A DNA stretch of 64,000 nt from Selaginella moellendorffii (Eukaryota > Plantae > Lycopodiophyta): assembly GCF_000143415.4 (NCBI RefSeq), contig NW_003314320.1:62001-126000 (forward strand), read 5' to 3'. The notes beneath the pieces were generated by a model. The model did not search any database, was not told the DNA's origin, and saw only the letters and a list, made by a program, of their open reading frames with translations. The position numbers and the translations under genes are program-made. This document shows, one piece after another, positions 56,201-64,000 of this stretch; position 1 is the first letter of the stretch, and every line of letters starts with the position of its first letter.

Positions 56201-58584
56201 GTCTAAAATATGGAATAGTCCATATTAGACTATATGGCAACTAGAAAGCTTGCGAAAAGGGAAGCCTTAGCAAGCTAAGGGACAGAGTTCCTTCAAGGTT
56301 CCCAAAGACGATTCTAGGTAGCATAGTACCTAGAAAGGCCAAGCGTAAATGGTTCAAGGAAAGCGTGAAATCAGAGTAGCGCAGCAGAAGCATGGTCTTG
56401 AAGCTTGCCATGAGGCAAGGCTATCAAGGTTAGGGAAATAGTTCCTGAGTGTTCAAAAAGAGGGCTTTGAACGAAAGTCGATGATCAAGGGCTTTCACGC
56501 TTTTGTAGGAACCATGTTACAGTGGTCGGAAGACTTGCCAAGTGAGATTAGCAAGTCAATGGAACAAATACCCTAGTTAAAGGTGATAACTTCAAAAAGG
56601 GGTGGGCCATGGGGCTAAGCATGGAGGAGTCCATGCATGATCACAGACTTGTCAAGTGAGAGGACTTGGCAGTGTGGAGGAACTAGGTTCCTAAGCTGTG
56701 ATCTATAGCGCGCTTTGAGTAAAAGTTGGTGCACCGGCGTGGAGAGTCACGCCAGGCATCCTAGGGGATGCCGTCCGTAGATGCATATACGGAGGTTGGG
56801 TTCGAGTCCCGACCCTCTAGTGCTTGGGTTCGAGTCCCAAATCACTAGGGCGTGGTGATGGTTTGGAATATGAGGACATTCATATTTTAGTGGTTATGGA
56901 CTCTTAATGAGGAGATTGGCTTGGGCACACCGCCAAGCGGGGGATGCCCCAGAGTCGTGATGCACAGTTAGATTGCTTAGAGTGAAAGCTCGGCATATCT
57001 AACTTGAACACTTTGGTGCAAAGGGCACCAAGGACGTGGTGAATGAGATGGGGACACCCAGTCTCAGTTGCTATGGATCCTTGGCCGGAAGGGCTAGCTT
57101 GGGCGCACCACCAAGTGTGGGGGATGCCCCCGGGGTCATAGTCAACAACTTAGTAAGGTCTGGAAGACCTAATTCCTATTGGTAGACCTATTAAGGGCAA
57201 GATGAGGTCACTAGGTGATCTTATGGCTAAACAAGGACAAGGTCTTTGTTTGGGTTAAGGAATATGATTCCTAGTTCAAAGTGTTGATTTGAACTATTGA
57301 TAAAGATGTGGCTTGGTCAAGGTGACTAAGTGGGAAGGACACCTAAGGGAAATGAACTACTACAATACAATGGTATTATGAGTTCAAGAAAATAGTCTCC
57401 AGAGACAGGCCCATGGGTGGGTCACAAGGTTGGGCTAGGAAGAGAGCCTAGAACAGTTGGGGAAACTTACTAGGGGTGAACACCCTAGTCTGGGCAAAGC
57501 AGTTCCTTTGCTATGGAACCAAAAGAATACCTCAAGGAAGGAAGTAATGATCCTATGTTGCTTGGTGCAACAATCCAAGGATAGGAGCAAAAGACGAGTG
57601 CCCAAGATAGGGTTGTGGAATCCATTGGAAAGAATCCAAGTGGCAAAGTTAGCTAAGGAACACTAATGTGTTTGACGCTAACGGATTGTGGAAAAAGAAG
57701 TGAACTCCCAAGGATGGATTCCCAAGTGCTCCAATTTGGCAAAGGAAAGGCTCCAAGTGAGGGAGCAACTAAGTAGCCAAAAGATAGGGCCGTGGACAGC
57801 TCTAGCACAAATAATGATAAATGGAACATAATGCCAATGGTGGCACAAAAATAGAAAAGAGGATGAGGGTGCCCTCAAGTAGAGAACTTCCTAGGAGGGG
57901 AAGTGGAGTTGCACAAAAGGTGCAAGGCAAGGTGTCGGAGACACCTAGGAAATTGACTTCAAGAAGTCAAAAGTAAACGTTCCAAAGTGCAAAGGTAGAT
58001 CAATGGAATCTGTGACTACTCAAGAATGAGTAGTGGAATTGAGTTAGAGAGGGTGTCTCTAACGGGTTTAGCAAGAACTGAACCAATAAAAAGGAGCAAA
58101 CCACCCTAGGTGGTCAAGTGAGTCTCTAAGTTGGAGAGACTATCCTCCTTAGAGGATGGGCAAAGCATAGTGAGCCTTTGGTGTCAAACCATTGACGAAT
58201 ATAGAGAAGGCATGGTGAGCCTTCAATGTCAAACCATTGACAAATATTGGCTAGGTGCCAAGGATGGAAATGGTAACACATGCGGGTGTTACTTTATAAA
58301 ATGGTTTACCGTTCGATGAGGACATCGAACTTCGTCTATGGGTGGTGGAGTTGTGAGACACAAAATCCCTAGGCCCCAAAGTGGAGCCGGAAAGGGTGCC
58401 ATGTGGTAGTGGCCGAAGCAAAAGCCCAAACGAGTGTAACACGTTTGGACTAAAAGCTCTGAATTGGAAGGTCGAGAGCAGGAGTGGAACTCCCAACAAA
58501 GTGCTCAAGGAGCGAGCACAAAGTGAGCAATAAGCAAGGCTCCAAAAAGGGGCCCAAAAAGGACCAACACATGACACATGGAAG

Positions 58585-59170
58585 TGTCCGAGATGGAGTC
58601 CGAGGCAGACCTTAGTTGGAGTTCGAGATGGACCCAAAGTGGAGTCCGATATGGAGTCCGAAGTGGAGTCCGAGATGGAGTCCGATATAGAGTCCAAGAT
58701 GGACCCGAAGTGGAGTCCGAGGTGGACCGAGACGGAGTCCGAGATGGACCCGAGATGGAGTCTGAGATGGAGTCCGAGATGGAGTCCGAGATGGACCCGA
58801 GATGGACCCAAGATGGAGTCCGAGATGGAGTTCGAGATGGACCCGAGATGGAGTCCGAGATGGAGTCCAAGGTGGAGTCCGAGGTGGACCGAGACGGAGT
58901 CTGAGATGGACCCGAGATGGAGTCCGAGATGGACCGAGACGGAGTCCGAGATGGAGTCCGAGAAGGACCCAAGATGGAGTCCGAGGTTGAGGTCGAGACC
59001 GGGACCGAGACTGGGACCGAGACCGAGACCGAGACCGGGACCGAGACCGGGACCGAGACCGGGACCAAGACCGGGACCGAGACCGAGGCCAAGGCTGAGA
59101 CCGAGCCTGAGCCCGGGTCCGAGTCCGAGTCCGAGTCCGAGTCCGAGTCCGAGTTCGAGTTCGAGTCTGA
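58585..59170. repeat. Same minisatellite in the 3' LTR, with a different unit arrangement
   Basis: Tandem GAGATGGAGTCC-type units. Confidence 0.95.
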
Positions 59171-61732
59171 GAGGGTGAAAGCCCAAAGCGTTCGTCTCCC
59201 AGACCCTGGGGGGTTTGGTGAACTCCAAAAGTATAGTAAGGGGGAGGACTGCAGTGGAGCTAGTTTGGCCAGGAAAGGCCAATTTGGCCCAGGAAGGGCC
59301 AGACCCAGTGTTGGGTGATGAACTAACCACTGGGAAGTCCAAGACTAGAGTGAATACGGACTGACAAGTGGGGCAGCTTGGTGAAGTGTTCAAGAGCTGG
59401 CTCTAGTTCCCCCAGGAGATCGACTGGCCGATGCTCCCAGTCCAAGTGTGGGTGGCACTACCTACTTGGATACCAAGCGTGGCTCAACGGAACCTCGCTC
59501 TAAGCCCATGGCTAGAGCACCCAAAGGCGGAAGGCGGGGAGAGTACCCAGGTGGCTCGCGTAAGGCCATGGTGTTCTGAAGTGTTGTCCCCAAGTCCCAG
59601 ACTATGAAAAGGAAAAGGAGCAATCCTTTGGTGTGGTGGCCAAGGATATAGTCATGTGGTGAGAAAGTCCCAGAGGACCATGGGACTTAGTGGTCAGGCC
59701 TGTGGGCCTCGACCCAGTGGCAGTGTTGGCCAACACGGCCAAGGGCAAAAAGGGACCTAGTGGGGACTGACAGAGGGATATTGGGGAAAGTTGTTCCCCT
59801 TGTCGGTAGGCATCCTAACGAGGCTAAGGAGTGGATTTGGGATGACCACTCACAGATGGTTGGCCCAGTCCTGGAGAGACGGGATTGTGATGCAAGTGGT
59901 ATTGGACCACTAGTGCGGCAAAAGTGAATGGGCATGGCCTTAGCGTAACGGGCCGATATGTCAGTGGTACCTTTGGGTGTCGGTTTTGGGACTGGACATG
60001 TGGAGCACTTGGACTAAGTGCAAGGGATGAGTGGCATAGATGCCATCCTCGAGGCTAGCAAGTCCCAAGTCCTGAATTGGACTTCAGGAGGTTGTGAATG
60101 AGACTCCTCCAAGTGGTCAAAAGTGTGGTTAAGTGACTAAAGTAGAATGGAAAAATTAGTCACTTACAGCATGATGTTTAACAGGCTAATCCTCTAGAGA
60201 TTGTGCATGTGCAGCAGTTAAAATTCTTCATACAAAAGGATCAAGAGCAATTAATACCACCTACAGATCCGCAAATGCCTCCTCCTAACGTTCTTCTAGA
60301 TCCCGCCCATTTACAAGAGAACCCTAATGGTCTTCCATTATTCCGAGAGGAGAGAATGATGTGAGGGCCAAATGTATGGCTATGATACTGTATACTAATA
60401 TTAGCGTAGTGGGATTTTGCTAGCCATTGGATTAGTTTCAATTTAGACAATTCGTTCCTATATATAAACTAGGGGTTTTGGGTTAATTGATATGCACATT
60501 TTCTGTTTTCCCTTTCCATATTCCAAGCACTCACAGTGTCAATTGATGATGCTAAATAAAAATATTAACATTTCAGTATAGTTATTATTACTTCAATAAT
60601 AGATATACTAAATTTTTCCATCCAAAATTTATTAAATGAAATGTAGAACCTCACATTTATATTATCATAAGTTCTTATATTAAATATAACCATTCATAAC
60701 CTTTCAACATAATAAAAGTTTTGAGAGTGATTATTTATTTCTATTCATTACCCCTCAACCCAAAGGTTCTGAAAATGGTTATTTATTCAAAAGTTTTCTT
60801 CATACATTAATTTTATTTATAAAAATCATTTTTCAAAGGCATGAAATTAAAATTAACTTTCTTTGAAAGATAAAATGGCTTGCGAAAGTTACTAAAATTA
60901 ATGTATACTACAGTCATTTTTCATTTGTAACTTTTTCCAAAAAGTGAAATATTATTCTTAAAATTTCAATATTACTGTTAGTGTTTGTTATCAATTTAGA
61001 AGGTTCTCTAAAATATTAAAGTGGATCTATTAATGGCAGAAATATGGATCCACATTGAAAGAGGTATTAATAATGTTTTCTATTTAAATATTTCTTTTTG
61101 TTTTTTTTTCATAGTGTGCCATAGTAGTAAGCTTCAGAAAATTTATCTTCAAAAATAAATTAATAAATAAAGGATGTAGCCATATTGTTACTCCAAATAG
61201 TAACAAATAATATATCTTAGTTAACTTCATTAACTACTACTGAACACAATATGAAGTTAATAATATATGCTAAAAGCTTTATGTATGGTTTTATGACAAA
61301 GCCATTAAAATTTACAATGTAATACTAATTTTTAGCAATATTACCAATTCATTAATTTTATTATTAATGTTAGTAAAACAAAAATAAAATTCTATTCTAT
61401 ATTCTACTTGATTAATGTATAGTAGAAGATAAGTTTTTTCTTAAAGAAAAGTATGTTTTATAATTAATTAAAATAAATACCATAAACACTTATATAATTT
61501 TATAAATTTGGTTTTAAACAGGTTAAAATTAATATAATCATATATAAGATGTATATAATTGTAATATTTCTTTGTATTTGAGGATGCTACAATAAATTAT
61601 CTATTAAAATTAAATATTAATAAATTAAACATAATTAATTACCATTAAATTTAATATAGTTTGATAAAAATGGTTGTAAAATAAAGTTGAAATTGCTATA
61701 GTTATATATAAGATATAGAATAATGTAAGGTT

Positions 61733-61736
<4 letters not shown>

Positions 61737-61789
<53 letters not shown>
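61737..61789. repeat. (TA)n microsatellite
   Basis: Long tatata run. Confidence 0.97.
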
Positions 61790-61791
<2 letters not shown>

Positions 61792-62283
61792 CCCTGCCTA
61801 ATTAATACACTAATTATAGTACTAAAGCATATGGACTATTCATTTAGAATTGAATCTGGTCCATCCAATCTTGTATATAAGCAAGCACCTAAACCCCAAT
61901 TAAAATATTTAATTTTATATTTTGGGCACTCATATTGGGGTGTAAAGTTTGTAAATACATATATGTATATACATCTATTACTTTGCCTACATAATACACT
62001 AATTATAGTATGCATATAGACCATCCATTTAAAATTGAATATGATCCATCCAATTTTGTATATAAGTAAGGGCCTGAATCCCAATTAAAATACTTAATCT
62101 TTTATATTGAGCACTCATATTGGGGTGTAAAGTTTGTAAATACATGAATGTATATACATGTATTACCTTGCCTAGATAATACATTAATTATAATATTAAA
62201 ACATATAGACTGTCCATTTGGGATTAAATTTGGTCCATCTATTCTTGTATATAAGCAAGGGCATAAACCCTAATTAAGATATC
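61792..62283 (+). repeat. ~185-bp tandem repeat, about 2.6 copies
   Basis: tgccta..taataca.taattata..., tccatc...ttgtatataag and gcactcatattggggtgtaaagtttgtaaatac recur at ~185-bp spacing. Confidence 0.85.
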
Positions 62284-62764
62284 TATTGCTATAGTAACAT
62301 TATTTTATATTTGAGAATGTTATGATAAATTAATTTGTAAAAATTATTAATTTTATTATTTAAGAAATTTAAAAGATCTGTATAATTCATTTTAAATCAC
62401 TTAAAAATTTAAAAATTTAGTTTTAAGAAGATAATTTTATTACTTCCAGACGGCATATAAATAATTTTAACACTAAAAGGCCTCAAACTTTTTATCTTTC
62501 CTCTTTTATTTTAATAAACTCAATAACTGTCATTTCAAGATTATTAGCCCTGGTATAAATTTGCTAGATTAGTTAAGAGAAACTAAATGTTTTTATATGC
62601 CACAATTGATAATTTATTAGCTTTTTTAAAAAATTTATATTCCATTTTTGGGAATATTAGTACTCTTAAAAAATCAATTGTTGAGTCTTATCATGTTTTC
62701 TAATGTATGATACTATATATTATTCTTGTGAAACAAACATAATAGATCTTTATTGTTTAACTTG

Positions 62765-64000
62765 TGCACCAGCCATTCCACATTTGCTCTTTGGCACCAG
62801 AAATCCCAATAATTCCATCCATTGCTGTAGATTCATTAAATTAGTTCTGAAGAGGTAGTGATAAGAGGGGTACATGTGGGGGGTATGTAAGAAAATTCTG
62901 AGTCCTATTTTTATATGCCCTTTTCAGGCAATTGGGGCCAGTCGACCTATCCTCAGGAGGAGCCTAGGCCGTACACATGGAAAAAAAGACAAATGTTAGA
63001 GATAAGATAGGTGGGTACTTAAGGCAAATTAGGGTGAACTACGGCCTTTTAACTTAAAGCACTCTTAAATTCTCACCAACTAACAAAGGTGCTCAAATGA
63101 GTTTTATGATAGTTGCTTCTACTTACCCCTTGGATGATCATGTTAAAAAGCTTGGCAGCATTTAACTTTCCGCAAATACTAAATTCCATACAGTTTGTCA
63201 ACCAAAAAGTAGTGCAGTTGGAAAGAAGTTCTTAAACTCAAAGTTTTTTTCAGCATCTTAACTTTTACTGGATAAAAGTAAAAGAATATTTCTATGCTGC
63301 AATGTCGATTAGTTTTTGAAAGTTTAACTCTGTACATATTGTAGCAAGAAATAAACTGTAGAAAAGACCAAGATCAAATTTCAAGCATTAATCATTTAGG
63401 AATCATAGTTTGAAAATATTAGGGGAAGATAGATGAAGCACTTCAAGTCAGTTCAAAAGAATGTTAAAAATTGGTCAAATTGCAATTAAAATTGATGCAA
63501 CTAAAGACACAACATGCTAATGCCATGTAAAACCTCAAAGGTGTTTGGAATAAATGTATTTTTTTATTTGTCATCACACTTTTAGATCATGAACACAGCA
63601 AACAATAGCAAACAGTAGAATCCAATCATTGGTTTTGTTTGTGACCATAAGCAATGGAAGATATCATAGCGTGGAGCACTGGGCAGTGGTAAACAAGGAG
63701 AAGCTCCGGATTTCAGTCGCGACGCTCATGGGCCCAGCCAAATCGTTGCCGATTGCTCCTTCCCCCCAGCTCGTCCACATCCAGCTCTCTACAAACCCGT
63801 CGTCTTCAAGGACTATTTGCTCAATTACACCAAGCTCGGCCTAAACACGCGTGGAGCGCTTCAAACTATCGCCACTGCAAAAACAGAAGCCCAGATCTAG
63901 AAAACTAAGTGGTTTTCTTAAGGCACATCAAATGCCCATATATAGCATCTACTATACATGCATACCATTTAGCATTTTTCGGTGATGGATTCATGCAGTG
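62765..64000 (+). repeat. Direct repeat copy 2 of 43060-44110, including a third 2OGD last-exon copy; runs off the window
   Basis: Near-identical to copy 1, with an extra ~230 bp at ~63258-63490. Confidence 0.9.

Larger units (their letters stand above)
52449..60168 (+). mobile_element. Nested, younger non-autonomous LTR element (LARD-like) with ~1.8-kb LTRs
   Basis: LTRs at 52449-54252 and 58352-60168 (TG..CA), 5-bp TSD GCATG, tRNA-iMet PBS TGGTATCGGAGC at 54256-54267. The 4.1-kb interior has no long ORF. It splits the host integrase tail (VYEVRH | ..LEIVHVQQLK). Confidence 0.92.
48166..60535 (+). mobile_element. Decayed Ty3/gypsy LTR retrotransposon (host element)
   Basis: Short TG..CA LTRs at 48166-48332 and 60360-60535, 4-bp TSD GTGT, tRNA-Ala-like PBS TGGTGAAGATGAGGGG and a PPT before the 3' LTR. 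Coding remnants in gypsy order: gag CDKVGHTYRHC, RT, RNase H PIAYTSRTL..NYS..KECLAVVW, integrase FDLIGPFP..YHPQSNG..WKGPY. Many stops. Confidence 0.9.
47270..62590. mobile_element. Old AT-rich foldback/MULE-like element defined by long degenerate inverted repeats (~47270-47900 and ~61250-62590), hosting the LTR elements
   Basis: 47297-47425 is the reverse complement of ~62430-62545 (ttattaaaataaaagagg, gtgttaaaattattt). 47700-47850 is the reverse complement of ~61270-61420 (aacattaataa.aaaattaatgaattgg). Termini were not resolved. Confidence 0.5.

Noticed and set aside
56780-56850. tRNA gene
   Set aside because: Only T-arm motifs are present; no acceptor stem, D-arm or anticodon arm could be built.
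52432-59393. 300-380 aa ORFs (LGLHLG, SRTP, MESE repeats) in both LTRs
   Set aside because: They arise from a stop-poor minisatellite that is open in several frames; no domain similarity.

Overview
Compact, intron-rich land-plant nuclear DNA, most likely the lycophyte Selaginella. This is inferred from a microbial-type terpene synthase, PPR genes built from tandem short motifs, flagellar IFT144, DUO1 and ~50-70 nt introns. Positions 1-43 kb are gene-dense: a DUF4419 pseudogene, an extensin, DNA polymerase delta, COX5C, four PLS-PPR genes, a UGT, a Cys-rich plastid-type protein, a DUO1-type MYB, a Lys-rich RVxF protein, OZI1/COX-X2, Rubisco activase, an HVA22-like gene, a conserved protein with a U12 AT-AC intron, an MTPSL terpene synthase, an apparently N-terminally truncated IFT144/WDR19, a NIPA Mg transporter and a 2OG-Fe(II) dioxygenase. 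Positions 43-64 kb are accessory DNA: patchwork copies of neighbouring genes, a Merlin/IS1595-like transposase remnant, and three nested elements (a foldback inverted-repeat element containing a decayed Ty3/gypsy element, which contains a younger non-coding LARD-like LTR element with a hairpin chain and tandem Pol III B-boxes). The main unexplained pattern is at least seven intron-retaining, deletion-riddled, sometimes inverted or chimeric copies of local genes lying 1-38 kb from their sources. Exon boundaries were read by eye, so coordinates of multi-exon genes and decayed copies are approximate.
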